A DNA stretch of 64,000 nt, from contig CAVWPA010000002.1 of the NCBI GenBank assembly GCA_963756875.1, positions 96,001 to 160,000 of the forward strand. The letters run 5' to 3'. Position numbers and translations under genes: made by a program. Each line of letters opens with the position of its first letter. The stretch's first letter is position 1. Origin of the DNA: an uncultured Verrucomicrobiae bacterium (GTDB lineage Bacteria; Verrucomicrobiota; Verrucomicrobiia; Chthoniobacterales; UBA10450). Positions 28,009 to 38,732 of the stretch are shown here, one piece after another. The notes under the pieces were generated by a model. That model saw nothing but the letters and a program-made list of their open reading frames with translations, made no database searches and was not told the origin of the DNA.

Positions 28009-30839
28009 CGACGGTGTCTGGCGCGTCGTCGATGGCGCGTCGTCGCCGTCTGCGCTCGTGTTTCGCATCCGATAAGCAGGGTCTGGGATCCTTCTCCCGA
28101 ACAAACCCGCAAGATCCGTGTCGCCCCGGCCTCGTCCATCGCGCCGAACGGATGGCCGTTGCGGCTTTCGGTCAACATCAGGAACCAATCCGGATGAAAT
28201 GCGTTCCCGTGCAGCTCGATTCGATCGATTTTGGGGAACGTCGTTTCATCCACGGAAACCGGCAGCAATTGGAAACCATTTACACAATTTGCCGACTGGG
28301 CCGGCATCGCGTCGATAATCGGCTCGATCCCGGTTAGCTTTATTGAAACATCGTCCGAATCATGGAAATCGATTGTGCCGCGGACAAAGAGATCGGCCTC
28401 CCTGGTAATTAGACGCGCGAAATCGAGAGATGCCGTTTCGCCATGGAAGCGAATCAGGCTGGACACGCCGCTTGCATGGAGCGGTGTTGCGCCCAGTTTC
28501 CCGTCGATCAATTGCAGGTCGCCGGAGATTTTCGGATGACGCAACGTTTCGGTAAAAAGCATTTTCCCGCTCAAAATTCCACCTCGCATCCAATCGTGGA
28601 TGAGATAGCGCGGAACGCGCGCCAGAAAGACCGCCGGGAAATCGAGCTGGGCTGAAATCGGTTCCAGAGCGGCCCGGCCGCGTTCCTTGCCGAGAAGAAG
28701 CTGCGAAGTAAAACCGAGCGAAATCGGGTCGCAGTCGCGGAAGGTGAGATCGGCATTGGCGCTCAGTTTCCCGGAAGCGAAGCGCGTATGTGCGTCGGCA
28801 GACCAAGGCGCTTCATCGGAAATGGTAAAGTCACGGAGCCGCATTTCGGACCAGCCCTGCAACGCGTCAAGACCGCCGAAGATCGACAGCCGCGCCGTCA
28901 AATTTCCGCTCAGAGAAGTGCGGCCGGTGATCGCTTGTGAGAGCTCGGTAAGGTCGGTCGGCTCGACAGCCAGATCGACATCGGCGTTTTGTTCCGGATC
29001 GACCGCATCCAGCAGATGGCTTCCGTGGAGGACCTTGGAAATTGAAAGTGGAATAAAAAAATTGCCGCGCAGTTTCGGTTTGGCGTTTAGATCGAAAGCG
29101 ACGGCCTGACCTTGCAGGTAATTGGCCGCGACGGTGAGAAAACCATTGAGCGACGCGTGCTGATTGGAGAAATGGAGTTGCTGAAAGAAGACCTTCCCGG
29201 GCGAATAATCGGCACTCAGTTCGACGTCGAACGGAAGAAGGTCTGAGCCTATGGTAGCGCGTATTCCGCGGCCGCCTACATGGAGCGTGCCGGAGTGCGC
29301 GCCGGCATTTCCCTTTCCCGACCATTCGCCATGGAGAAGCCCGGCGTGGAGAAAACTCCAGGAAGCCGGGATCATCTTCGCATAATCGGCAATGTTCTTA
29401 ATCGCGGCGTTCGCCGTGCCGGAGTAATTGTGCTCGTTGGAGACGTCCACCGTACCCTGCGCATGTAACGAATCTTCCTTGCGCTTTAACTCCAGCTGCT
29501 CGATTTCGAGCTCGCTCGCCTTCAAATTCAATTTTGCCGCGCAACTGTCGATCTTTGTCCGGAAGATCGACAACGAACTGCCGCTCACCGTGAGACGACC
29601 GCCTATTTTTCGGTTCCCCGCGTTCACGGTTCCTTCGATTGCTACTGCGCCTGCAAAATCGCCTGGCTGCGCACCGAAAAGGCGAGCGAAGGAGCCAAGA
29701 TCGTCGATTGACCCGGAAACGTTTGCCCGGAAATCGGGATTCCACCAATCGGTCGGCTTCGCATGCAACGAGCCTTCGCCGCTGAGCGTCAGCTCATTTT
29801 GCCGCTGTTTTACGTAAAGCTGCTGAAGCTGAATCTGGCGATTGTAGAGCGCAGCGCCCAGCATGATTAGCTCAGCGGAACGGTTTTCCCAACTCAGGTC
29901 TGTCACTTCGGTCCAAACAGAAGCGGTCGCGTGGCTCAGATCGCGAGGGTCGCCGTGAAAAGTGAATTTGCCCGCGTGAAGCGAGCCTCCGAGTTGATCG
30001 TTGAACCCGAGGGCTTTGGACGTTTGCGCCAGAGAGATATCGTTGGCCGATGCGACGAAATCCCAGATCGACTGCCCATGCTGCCATTCATTGGAAAAGC
30101 TGGCGCGCAGCTTTCCGCCAAACGTATCGAGGTCGAATTGCAGATCGGCTTGTCGCTTGCCGAGGCGCGAGAGATCCATGGTCATCCATTGAAGGTCGAG
30201 CCCGCGGCTGAGAGTGATTCCTGCAAGAGTGAGACTGGCCTCCTGCCATTTCGTTGCGCCGCGAAGGTGGGAGAACGTTTGATGAAACAAGAGCGACGCA
30301 ACCGTGAACTCATCGGCACTAAAGCGGCCGCTTTCGACTTCGCTGCCCGAGAGCGATGCGTTTCGAAGCAGGATTACCGTGCTCCCGTCTTCAAGTCGCA
30401 GGTTGAGATTCGCGAAATTGAAGTTTTCCGGAAGCAACCTTTCCAGCATTGGCCAGGCAAGATCCAGCTTGCCGGATTTGCTCTGGGAATTGCTGCTGAC
30501 CCGGACGCTGAGCTTTTCAACCGATAACGACCGGATGGCACGTCCGCGAACCCCGATTAAAATCCGCGCCATGTTCAGGCCGAGAACGGCCCGATCGGCA
30601 TCGATCTCGATACGAAATGGCGCGTTCTGCGCGTCGGTGATGCGCAGGTGATGAATTACGATCGGCCTCAAGAACGGCGCATCGATTTTTCCAAGCTCCA
30701 CATGCAGCCCTTGTTTCCGTCCCTCCCACCAGGACCAAACGCGAAAGCCGGTCGAAAGAGTAATGGGCGCAAAAAGAACAGCGACCAGCGCGACGAGCAA
30801 AAGCACCGAACCAAGGATGACAAGACGCTTTTTCCGCAT
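28005..30839 (-). CDS. Large AsmA/TamB-like envelope protein
   Basis: N-terminal membrane anchor then long beta-strand-rich repeats; PKISGDLQLIDG. Confidence 0.6.
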   Translation of the reverse strand: MRKKRLVILGSVLLLVALVAVLFAPITLSTGFRVWSWWEGRKQGLHVELGKIDAPFLRPIVIHHLRITDAQNAPFRIEIDADRAVLGLNMARILIGVRGRAIRSLSVEKLSVRVSSNSQSKSGKLDLAWPMLERLLPENFNFANLNLRLEDGSTVILLRNASLSGSEVESGRFSADEFTVASLLFHQTFSHLRGATKWQEASLTLAGITLSRGLDLQWMTMDLSRLGKRQADLQFDLDTFGGKLRASFSNEWQHGQSIWDFVASANDISLAQTSKALGFNDQLGGSLHAGKFTFHGDPRDLSHATASVWTEVTDLSWENRSAELIMLGAALYNRQIQLQQLYVKQRQNELTLSGEGSLHAKPTDWWNPDFRANVSGSIDDLGSFARLFGAQPGDFAGAVAIEGTVNAGNRKIGGRLTVSGSSLSIFRTKIDSCAAKLNLKASELEIEQLELKRKEDSLHAQGTVDVSNEHNYSGTANAAIKNIADYAKMIPASWSFLHAGLLHGEWSGKGNAGAHSGTLHVGGRGIRATIGSDLLPFDVELSADYSPGKVFFQQLHFSNQHASLNGFLTVAANYLQGQAVAFDLNAKPKLRGNFFIPLSISKVLHGSHLLDAVDPEQNADVDLAVEPTDLTELSQAITGRTSLSGNLTARLSIFGGLDALQGWSEMRLRDFTISDEAPWSADAHTRFASGKLSANADLTFRDCDPISLGFTSQLLLGKERGRAALEPISAQLDFPAVFLARVPRYLIHDWMRGGILSGKMLFTETLRHPKISGDLQLIDGKLGATPLHASGVSSLIRFHGETASLDFARLITREADLFVRGTIDFHDSDDVSIKLTGIEPIIDAMPAQSANCVNGFQLLPVSVDETTFPKIDRIELHGNAFHPDWFLMLTESRNGHPFGAMDEAGATRILRVCSGEGSQTLLIGCETRAQTATTRHRRRARHRR

Positions 30840-30973
30840 GGACCCCTACTGGTTTAATGGCAAAGCGCCTCCGCGGAAAGCCGCTTTCTCGTCGAGGACG
30901 CTTCTTTGGGGATAGGCGAGATTTTGCGGATTCGGCTGCTCGCGAGCAAGCTTTGCGACAATTTTCGTAACAA

Positions 30974-31036
30974 CCCTCACCCGGTCCGGCGGCTGCCGGA
31001 TTTTCCTCACCCTCAAGGAGAGGAGGGAGGTGAGGG
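30974..31036. repeat. CCCTCACC-type palindromic element supplying the neighbouring gene's stop codon
   Basis: CCCTCACC...GGTGAGGG ends; encodes SPSPPSSP* on the minus strand. Confidence 0.75.
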
Positions 31037-31774
31037 CGAGCCCACTTGCAAATCAACACCCTGCTGCTTCTGCTCTTTGGCCACCGGGACCTCGTCTGTT
31101 GTTTTGGCGGTAAACACCAGCCGAATGGGCTGCGTTGCATGAACTCTCGCCTCGAGTTGCTGCTTTAACGCGCGCTCGGCTTCGGCAGGCAATTTGGCTT
31201 CCGTGGCTTTTTCCCGAGCTAACCTGGGCAGGACCGCCAGTTCGCTTTGCACATCGTCTGCCGATATCCGGTTCCAATATCCATTTTCAAAAGAAAGCAC
31301 ATCCAGGTGCTCCTGTTCGACTCCGAGAACCCTGGCATGCGGGAGGTGCACCACAATTTCATTCGGGTTCACATCGACGGCCACATTCTGCCGTAAATCG
31401 AAACCGGCTTTCACAAGGAACGTTCCATGCAGCTTTACTCGCTTCGAGCTGCCGGCCCATGTGTTTTGAAATTCGTGTTCGATTTCGATTCGTCGCGAGA
31501 CCATCGCCAACTCGGTCGTCGGCATTGTTTGTTCCAGATAGACGCGATTATCGATCGTGATGCGCGGTTGTAGATGTGCAACGTCAACGAACGCCGAGCG
31601 GAGGTCTCTGCCGATCCGTTCCAGATCTCCAGTTCCCTGTTCGGCAGTGCGGGCCGGCCAGCTCTCCAGGCGCAGAAAAATGACGAGGATAACCGCCGCG
31701 ATGATGAGCGCGACCAGCGTCAGGGCGACCGGCCAGGATATTCGTCCCGACCTTGAAGTGGAATAACGAAGCAC
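31013..31774 (-). CDS. DUF4230-like membrane-anchored protein
   Basis: N-terminal TM, VKAGFDL...VHLPHARVL; start uncertain. Confidence 0.7.
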   Translation of the reverse strand: MLRYSTSRSGRISWPVALTLVALIIAAVILVIFLRLESWPARTAEQGTGDLERIGRDLRSAFVDVAHLQPRITIDNRVYLEQTMPTTELAMVSRRIEIEHEFQNTWAGSSKRVKLHGTFLVKAGFDLRQNVAVDVNPNEIVVHLPHARVLGVEQEHLDVLSFENGYWNRISADDVQSELAVLPRLAREKATEAKLPAEAERALKQQLEARVHATQPIRLVFTAKTTDEVPVAKEQKQQGVDLQVGSPSPPSSP

Positions 31775-31874
31775 GAATGACGAATGCCGAATTAATGACG
31801 AATGACAAATGACGAATGAACAGACGAAGCGATTTTCTTTGGCTATTCCCGCTTTGTCATTCGGATTTCGCCAC

Positions 31875-31919
31875 CAAAAAAGTACCGCCCCCCACGCCCG
31901 ATGGACGTGAAGGGCGGCT
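31875..31919 (-). terminator. Intrinsic terminator-like hairpin on the minus strand
   Basis: CCGCCCTTCACGTCCATCGGGCGTGGGGGCGG followed by TACTTTTTT. Confidence 0.6.
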
Positions 31920-32163
31920 GTTCCCCCCAGAACAATCTACAAAGCTGCGCTGGTAGTAGCCGAGCTTAAACGATGCCGCAACAAAATTCTGCGTGAATTA
32001 TGAGGAGCCGCAACTTTCGTGGATGAGCAGGCTGCTGCGAAGAGGGCCGCCTCGGTTTTTAGGGGTGCGGCGGACGCGACACATCGTTGATTTCGATTCA
32101 TGGGACTGGGTACGGTTAAATGTGAAACTTGCGCAAACAAACGAGGCGCGTTCTAATTTTCAC

Positions 32164-32724
32164 ATGCGCAGCATGGGTAAGGAAGAGGAGCCGAGCCTGG
32201 CAGGCTCGTTGCTTGTGGCTCATCCGAGCATGATTGACCCGAATTTTCGCCGGACGGTTCTCTTCATTTCAACACACGACCCGGAGGAAGGCGCGCTCGG
32301 AGTGATCATCAACCGGCCGCTGGACAAGAGAGTGGCCGATCTGGTGACTGAAACGCCGCCGGAAGGTTTGGCCGGCGTTCCAGTATTTTTTGGGGGACCG
32401 GTCGGAAACAATCAGTTGATGTTCGCAGCGTTCGAATGGCACAAGGGCCTGGGACTGAAGTTGAATCATAGCGTCGGTTTGGATGAAGCAAGCGCGCGTG
32501 CCGGCGACGATCCGATGGCCATCCGCGCTTTCGTCGGTTACGCCGGATGGGATGGGGGGCAATTGGAGGCCGAAATGAAACAAAAAGCGTGGATTGTTCG
32601 CAAACCGAGCCGGTCCGCACTCCGTCCAGAGAGATTGCCGAAGCTTTGGTTCGATATCATGCGCGGCCTCGGGCCATGGTATAAAATGCTGGCCGCGGCG
32701 CCGGATGATCCGTCGTTGAATTAG
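32164..32724 (+). CDS. YqgE/AlgH (DUF179) family protein
   Basis: LLVAHPSMIDPNFRRTV, GALGVIINRP, GGPV and GYAGWDGGQLEAE. Confidence 0.92.
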   Translation: MRSMGKEEEPSLAGSLLVAHPSMIDPNFRRTVLFISTHDPEEGALGVIINRPLDKRVADLVTETPPEGLAGVPVFFGGPVGNNQLMFAAFEWHKGLGLKLNHSVGLDEASARAGDDPMAIRAFVGYAGWDGGQLEAEMKQKAWIVRKPSRSALRPERLPKLWFDIMRGLGPWYKMLAAAPDDPSLN

Positions 32725-32807
32725 ATGCGCGAATAACGAGCGGCCCGCGGCGGCCGCAATTCGTTCTTGTCTTGTCGCCTATCACTCGTCACTTATCACT
32801 CTCCTAA

Positions 32808-33905
32808 ATGATCATCGGGGTCCCGAAAGAAATTAAAGAGCAGGAACAACGCGTCGCGCTCGTTCCCTCAGCGGTGGGACAACTGACGCGCCACAGCCAT
32901 TCGGTGCTTGTTGAGAAGAATGCCGGCGTCGGTTCCGGGTACCCGGACGAAGATTACGCAAAGGCGGGCGCAAAGATCGTGGATACGCCTCAGGATGTTT
33001 TTGGCAGTGCCGACCTAATCGTGAAAGTGAAAGAGCCGCTGAAGACGGAGTTTCCGCTTCTGCGCAAAGGCCAGATTCTTTTTACGTATCTCCACCTGGC
33101 CGCGAGCAAATCGCTCACTGAAGCGTTGCTCAAATCCGGCGTGACAGCCGTTGCCTACGAAACGATCCAGGTCGGCCACCGTTTACCCCTCCTTGAACCG
33201 ATGAGCGAGATCGCCGGTCGCATGTCGGCGGTGATGGGCGCGTATTTTTTGGCAAAACATAACGGCGGAAGCGGCGTCCTGCTTGGCGGTGTTCCAGGTG
33301 TGCTGCCGGGCCGCGTTGTCGTTATCGGCGGCGGGACCGCCGGCGTAAACGCAGCCCGCATGGCCTCCGGTCTCGGGGCGGATGTCACCATTCTCGAGGT
33401 CGATCTGGAGCGGATGCGTTTTCTCGATATCACCATGGGCGGAGCGCACACCCTCTATTCGAGCGAGGCGCATCTGCAGGAACTGATGCCGAATGTTGAT
33501 CTTTTGATCGGCGCCGTTCTTCTCCCCGGAGCGAAAGCGCCGAAATTGATCACGCGAGCCATGTTAAAACGGATGAAGCCGGGCAGCGTGCTGGTGGACA
33601 TTGCGATTGACCAGGGCGGCTGCGCCGAGACATCGCGCCCTACAACGCATCTTAATCCGACGTACGTTGAAGAGGGAGTCACGCATTATTGCGTGGCCAA
33701 TATGCCGGCGGCCTATGCGCGGACGGCCACCCAGGCGCTGACCAACATTACGTATCGCTACGTCCGGCTGCTGGCCGATCTCGGTTTGAAGGGCGCTTGC
33801 CAGAAGCAACCCGCTCTCACTGGAGGAATTAACACCCGTGACGGCAGGTTAACCTGCGAGGCGGTGGCCGAAGCGCACGGGCTCCCGTACTCGCCGCCTT
33901 TCTGA
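32808..33905 (+). CDS. ald: Alanine dehydrogenase
   Basis: [28 protein letters not shown] and YCVANMP. Confidence 0.96.
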   Translation: MIIGVPKEIKEQEQRVALVPSAVGQLTRHSHSVLVEKNAGVGSGYPDEDYAKAGAKIVDTPQDVFGSADLIVKVKEPLKTEFPLLRKGQILFTYLHLAASKSLTEALLKSGVTAVAYETIQVGHRLPLLEPMSEIAGRMSAVMGAYFLAKHNGGSGVLLGGVPGVLPGRVVVIGGGTAGVNAARMASGLGADVTILEVDLERMRFLDITMGGAHTLYSSEAHLQELMPNVDLLIGAVLLPGAKAPKLITRAMLKRMKPGSVLVDIAIDQGGCAETSRPTTHLNPTYVEEGVTHYCVANMPAAYARTATQALTNITYRYVRLLADLGLKGACQKQPALTGGINTRDGRLTCEAVAEAHGLPYSPPF

Positions 33906-33983
33906 CGACCTTTTCCCCGGCGAAAAACTTGCCTTGCCGTAAGCGATGATTTGACCGTAGTATCAGCCTTCGACTTAAAACCT

Positions 33984-34202
33984 ATGAAAAAATATATCTG
34001 CATCCTAGCTGGTGCCGCGCTACTCGTGGCTTGCGAACAAAAGACCGAAAACGTGACCCCGGCCGAAAGTCCAACAGCCGCTCCCGAAGCAACCATGAGC
34101 GCAGCTGAGTCCCCGGCGATGAGCCCGGCTGAGGCCCCCGCCATGAGCCCGATGGAATCACCGGCGATGAGCCCAGCCGAATCCGCGTCGCCTACACCGT
34201 AA
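33984..34202 (+). CDS. Small lipoprotein with SPAMSPAE-type repeats
   Basis: MKK-hydrophobic-LVAC lipobox followed by low-complexity repeats. Confidence 0.75.
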   Translation: MKKYICILAGAALLVACEQKTENVTPAESPTAAPEATMSAAESPAMSPAEAPAMSPMESPAMSPAESASPTP

Positions 34203-34285
34203 GGAAAATCTCGAGGCGAAGTCGTAACGGCGCTTCAACGCAGCCGTCTCTTGGCCTGCTCAGGAGGTTCGAAAAAAGCATTCAT

Positions 34286-34322
34286 AAAATTTTCCCCCGA
34301 AGCTTCTTCGGGGGAAAATTTT
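34286..34322. terminator. Perfect 17-bp-stem hairpin (terminator-like; CCCCGAA/TTCGGGG core)
   Basis: AAAATTTTCCCCCGAAG-CTT-CTTCGGGGGAAAATTTT. Confidence 0.6.
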
Positions 34323-34418
34323 TCTGTACTGGTCCGGCGATCAGGCAACGGAGAGTTCTCTCTCTAATGTCGCTCTGGCGGAGATGTTCGGTTAAATTTC
34401 GATGCATCAAAAATCGAC

Positions 34419-34781
34419 ATGCCCGCGGCAAGTTTTTCCTTTCCGAAAACGCGCCGATTGACGCACCCAACGGAGTTCGGGCAAGTAAAAGAAAATGGGA
34501 GGACGCAACGTGGCGCGCTGCTTATTCTCGGCGTGCTTCGGGTTGAAGGGAGTGGGGTTTTTCGAGCCGGCTTCGTTACCAGCCGCCGCATCGGCATTGC
34601 CGCTGTGCGCAATCGCGTGCGTCGTCGTCTGCGGGAAATCGTGCGCAAACACCAGCACGAGATTGCGGGCGGGATCTGGCTGGTGACAATCGCGCGACCC
34701 ATGGCTGCGGCCGCGACGTACCGCGAGATGGAAGATGAGTGGTTGCGTCTGGCCACGCGCGCTTCTATTCTAGCGCCTTGA
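34419..34781 (+). CDS. rnpA: Ribonuclease P protein component
   Basis: [26 protein letters not shown]; upstream of yidD-yidC. Confidence 0.93.
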   Translation: MPAASFSFPKTRRLTHPTEFGQVKENGRTQRGALLILGVLRVEGSGVFRAGFVTSRRIGIAAVRNRVRRRLREIVRKHQHEIAGGIWLVTIARPMAAAATYREMEDEWLRLATRASILAP

Positions 34782-35059
34782 TGCTGAAAATCCTGCGCGT
34801 TTGCATCTTTATTTATCAACGGACAATCTCGCCGCTCCTCTCATCGATCGCGGGACCAGGTTCCGGTTGCCGATTCCACCCGACCTGTTCCCAATATTTT
34901 CTCGAAGCGGTCGAGACCCATGGTTTCTTGCGAGGAACCTGGCTGGGACTGAAGCGGCTGGCGCGTTGTCAACCGTGGGGAGGCTCGGGCGAGGATCCGG
35001 TCCCGCCACGAAGCGAATTTCAAGGCCGTCGAGCACCTGAATCTTTTGTTTGTGAATAA
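34781..35059 (+). CDS. yidD: Membrane protein insertion efficiency factor
   Basis: [28 protein letters not shown]. Confidence 0.95.
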   Translation: MLKILRVCIFIYQRTISPLLSSIAGPGSGCRFHPTCSQYFLEAVETHGFLRGTWLGLKRLARCQPWGGSGEDPVPPRSEFQGRRAPESFVCE

Positions 35060-35076
35060 CGGCCGCTCCCGATTTT

Positions 35077-36795
35077 ATGGATCGAACCGCATGGATCGTT
35101 GTCATACTTTGCGTCATCGGATTGGTGGCGTGGGAATGGTGGATCGCCAAGCAAATGCCGCCGCGTCCATTGACGGGCTCTCCTTCACCGGCGGCCACAT
35201 CGCCCGCCTCCGGCTTTAACGCGTCACCGACGCCGCTGGCGTCGCCCATTCCAACGGCAACGCCGCAAGTTGCCGAAACGGCGCCGGCTTTTCCCGAGAA
35301 AATCGAGACGCTGCGCAACAATGATATCGAATTACACCTGACGAATCGCGGCGGCGGGATTCGGGAAGCGATTTTACTGCATCAAATCGCCGAGGACCAC
35401 AAGCAAGTCATTCTGAATTCGCCGCGCCAGATGCCTATCGGCGCGATCGTTGACGAGCCAGCCGCTCCAACTCTTCCTGAATTCAAGGCGTCGCGCGGGA
35501 CGGATGGCAGCGTGACATTTGAGCGCACTACCGCCAAGGGGATCGCTGTGCATAAGAAGTTCTTTTTTCCGGAATCAAATAAGACGAAGGAAAACTTCAT
35601 CGCGGAGCTCGACGTGGACATGGTGAACGGCGGAACCGCGCCGTACGCGAAGACCGGTTACTTTGTCGCGCTCGGCTCGGCGGTTCCGATTCACCCGAAG
35701 GATTATCCTTATTACACGCGCCTTGTCTGGTGCATCCAGGGAAAGGCGAAAGGAGTCGATGTAAACTGGTTTGGCGGAAGCGGCGGCATTCTGGGTCTCG
35801 GCCAGCATGCTGCGCGGCCCTTTTATCAGGAGGACCTCGGAAACGCCGAATGGGTTGCCGTAACCGATCAGTTTTTCACGACGCTTCTTGCGCCGCTCAC
35901 TGCGAAGTCGAACGGAGCCTGGGGCCGGCGGTTCGAAATTTCAGCGGAGAATAAGACGTTCGGCATTGAGGGAGCCATGCGGATGCCGGGATTTCAATTG
36001 CCACCGGGACAAACGTACCGCGCGCGATTTCAGATTTACGCCGGCCCGAAACTTTACCATCGCCTTGCGCAACTCGAACACAACGAGGCCGAAATCATGG
36101 ATTTCGGAATGTTCAAGATCGTCAGCCAATTCCTGCTCAATTTCATGAACTTTTTGCACGGATTGCTCTGGCACAGTTATGCCGCCGCCATCCTTGCACT
36201 GACCACGGTGATCCGCCTCGTCCTTTGGCCGCTTCAGACCAAGGCCAACCAGTCGATGCGGAAGACTGCCGTCCTCGCGCCGAAGATGCAGGAGTTGCGC
36301 GAAAAATATAAGGACGATCCGACGCGCATGAACCAGGAGGTCATGAAGCTTTACAAACAATACGGCATCAATCCGGTGGGCGGTTGTTTGCCGATGGTGA
36401 TCCAAATCCCGATTTTTTTCGGCCTCTACAAGATGCTCGCGCAGGCAGTCGAGTTGCGGGGCCAAAAATTTCTCTGGGTGCACGATCTTTCGCAACCGGA
36501 CACCGTGGCCCACCTGCCGATTCTCGGCTGGCCCATCAATATCATCCCCCTTTGCATGGCTGCGACCCAGATCTGGCTCATGCAGATGACGCCGAAGACC
36601 GGCGATTCCACGCAGCGGCGCATCATGATGTTCACGCCGCTCATCTTTTTATTTATCTGCTACAATTTTGCGGCGGCTCTGGCATTGTATTACACAACAC
36701 AAAATCTGTTTAGCATTCTCCAATTTTATCTTAACAAAAAGCAACCGATGCCGACGCTCGAAAAAGTCACGTCCAGCAAGAAACGAAGCCGATGA
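35077..36795 (+). CDS. yidC: Membrane protein insertase
   Basis: YAGPK, PKMQELREKYK, GINPVGGCLP and WVHDLSQPD. Confidence 0.96.
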   Translation: MDRTAWIVVILCVIGLVAWEWWIAKQMPPRPLTGSPSPAATSPASGFNASPTPLASPIPTATPQVAETAPAFPEKIETLRNNDIELHLTNRGGGIREAILLHQIAEDHKQVILNSPRQMPIGAIVDEPAAPTLPEFKASRGTDGSVTFERTTAKGIAVHKKFFFPESNKTKENFIAELDVDMVNGGTAPYAKTGYFVALGSAVPIHPKDYPYYTRLVWCIQGKAKGVDVNWFGGSGGILGLGQHAARPFYQEDLGNAEWVAVTDQFFTTLLAPLTAKSNGAWGRRFEISAENKTFGIEGAMRMPGFQLPPGQTYRARFQIYAGPKLYHRLAQLEHNEAEIMDFGMFKIVSQFLLNFMNFLHGLLWHSYAAAILALTTVIRLVLWPLQTKANQSMRKTAVLAPKMQELREKYKDDPTRMNQEVMKLYKQYGINPVGGCLPMVIQIPIFFGLYKMLAQAVELRGQKFLWVHDLSQPDTVAHLPILGWPINIIPLCMAATQIWLMQMTPKTGDSTQRRIMMFTPLIFLFICYNFAAALALYYTTQNLFSILQFYLNKKQPMPTLEKVTSSKKRSR

Positions 36796-37262
36796 CTCCG
36801 AGAGAATTACTCGACACCATTCTCGGTTATCTCGGCTTCGTTGTGCAGATCGCGGAGTCGCGTAACGAGGCAGGCAACCTCGTATTGCAAATCTATACCG
36901 AGGAAAGCCGGCGACTCATCGGAAGAGACGGCGAAACGCTGGAAGCAATACAGTTTCTTCTCAATCGCCTGTTGCAGACAAAAGATAGGGACGCGTCCAA
37001 AGTGGTTGTCGATTGCGAGCTCTATCGCTCGATGCGCGAGGACAAGATCGTCCAGCGCGTGCGGGAGCTCGCGGAACGCGTTCGTGCTACCGGACGTTCG
37101 CTGCAGTTGGAGCCAATGAATTCCTACGAACGGCGCATTGTCCACAATGCTTTCAAAGATGACCCGGATATTGCGACCTGGAGCCCGTCCGATTCCGCGC
37201 GCATCAAGCAAATCACGCTTCTCAAGCGCCAGGCCAAAATAGAACCCGCCCAAAAAGAATAG
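36792..37262 (+). CDS. jag: Jag/KhpB RNA-binding protein (KH + R3H, short form)
   Basis: LIGRDGETLEAIQ and PMNSYERRIVH. Confidence 0.9.
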   Translation: MTPRELLDTILGYLGFVVQIAESRNEAGNLVLQIYTEESRRLIGRDGETLEAIQFLLNRLLQTKDRDASKVVVDCELYRSMREDKIVQRVRELAERVRATGRSLQLEPMNSYERRIVHNAFKDDPDIATWSPSDSARIKQITLLKRQAKIEPAQKE

Positions 37263-37267
37263 GCTGG

Positions 37268-37403
37268 GGCGCAGGGCGTCCGCCGCGGCGGACGCCGACC
37301 TCAAGATGGCGTTTCACAGAATGGAGCCGACGGGCCTCGAGCGACATGGACGGGCAGGTCGAGAGACCGAGTGAGCGGGAGCGAGCGAGTCAAACGCCCT
37401 ACA
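37268..37403. repeat. Composite degenerate REP doublet
   Basis: GCAGGGCGTCCGCCGCGGCGGACGCC ... AACGCCCTACAA. Confidence 0.6.
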
Positions 37404-37467
37404 AATGCTCTGCCGTTCCTTTGTGTCTGCGAAGACACCACGCCTATGTTCGCCCGGAGGTCGACGT

Positions 37468-38652
37468 CTACAGGCCCGGCTCGAATCTCGCGGCTTCCTT
37501 GCTGATGCCTGCCTTCACTTCCGGCCGCCACCGGAATTTTTGCAACAGCGGATTGGATCTGCCTTCAACCGCGTCGGCAATGATCTCGCCCAGAACCGGC
37601 GCAAATTTGAATCCATGTCCGCTGTCGCCCGCTGCCAGAATCAAACCCGCCCGCTCGGGATCGGGCGCGATCCAAAAATCTCCGTCCGCGGTGTCGCAGT
37701 ACATGCAAATGCGCGTGTAAACAATCGGCGCGTCCGCCAGCGCGGTCAGCGAAGTGGACAAAAACTCGCGCAGACTATTTTCTTCTTCCTGGGTGACGCC
37801 TCGTTCGGGGGATTCAGGCGACATCTCGCGGCCCGGACCGTGCCTGGCAATTTTTACCACTCCTTGATTGAGCGGAAAACCGTAGAAGCCGGTGGTCGAG
37901 ATATCCGCGCCAAAAAACGGGAAGCGTTCGGGCAAGAAAAGATCCGGCTGGCGTGGCTTTAGATGAAAGATCGGGTGTCCCGTTGAGCGAAGGAACTTGC
38001 TTGTGGATGGCAGCACGTACGGAGTCCACGCGCCAACAGCAAGAACGACGGCATCCCCGGCAACCCTGCGCCCGTTTTCAACTACGATTCCTCGCACCGC
38101 GTTATCGCTTTCATCCAGAGCAATGAATCTGGTGTGTTCGCTCAATTCCACACCAAGCGATTTCGCATGCTCCGCGAGAGTCGCCACCACGCGGCCGCTT
38201 TCGACATAACCGCCCTTGGGATCGAAAAGGCCGTCGTGAAAAAGCTCTGCATTAAACGCAGGAAATTTTTCGCGCAGAGTCGCCGGATCGATTCGCTCAA
38301 ATTTGTGGCCGTATCTTTCGAGTGCCTTGCAGCTTTCATATTCGAAATCGCCGGGCTGCATGGCTTGTCGCCGGAGGAACAGACCGCCCGTTTCGTGGTA
38401 CAACTCGGTTCCAAATTCCCGGTTCCATTTCGGCCAGATCGCAATGGAGCGCTCGGCCAGCGCCGTGTATTGTTCGTCCGGGCCGTACGCCGCGCGCACG
38501 GCCTTGCTAATATCGGTGGACGCCGCCAGCGGATGCGGGATCGGGCCCGGGTCGACAAGCGTAACGTGGTGGCCGCGTTTTTTTAATTCGATCGCCGCGG
38601 TAACGCCGTTAATCCCCGCGCCGACTACAATAATCTTGAGGGTCGCTTTCAC
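37468..38652 (-). CDS. FAD-dependent oxidoreductase (sarcosine/fructosyl-amino-acid oxidase family)
   Basis: IIVVGAGING, AASTDISK and GDSGHGFKFAP. Confidence 0.88.
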   Translation of the reverse strand: MKATLKIIVVGAGINGVTAAIELKKRGHHVTLVDPGPIPHPLAASTDISKAVRAAYGPDEQYTALAERSIAIWPKWNREFGTELYHETGGLFLRRQAMQPGDFEYESCKALERYGHKFERIDPATLREKFPAFNAELFHDGLFDPKGGYVESGRVVATLAEHAKSLGVELSEHTRFIALDESDNAVRGIVVENGRRVAGDAVVLAVGAWTPYVLPSTSKFLRSTGHPIFHLKPRQPDLFLPERFPFFGADISTTGFYGFPLNQGVVKIARHGPGREMSPESPERGVTQEEENSLREFLSTSLTALADAPIVYTRICMYCDTADGDFWIAPDPERAGLILAAGDSGHGFKFAPVLGEIIADAVEGRSNPLLQKFRWRPEVKAGISKEAARFEPGL

Positions 38653-38732
38653 CAGTACGCGTGTTGTAGCAGCGCTCTATGAGCGCTGCACGAATTTGCA
38701 GTTTATTCGCGTCATTTCGCGTGTTTCGCGGG

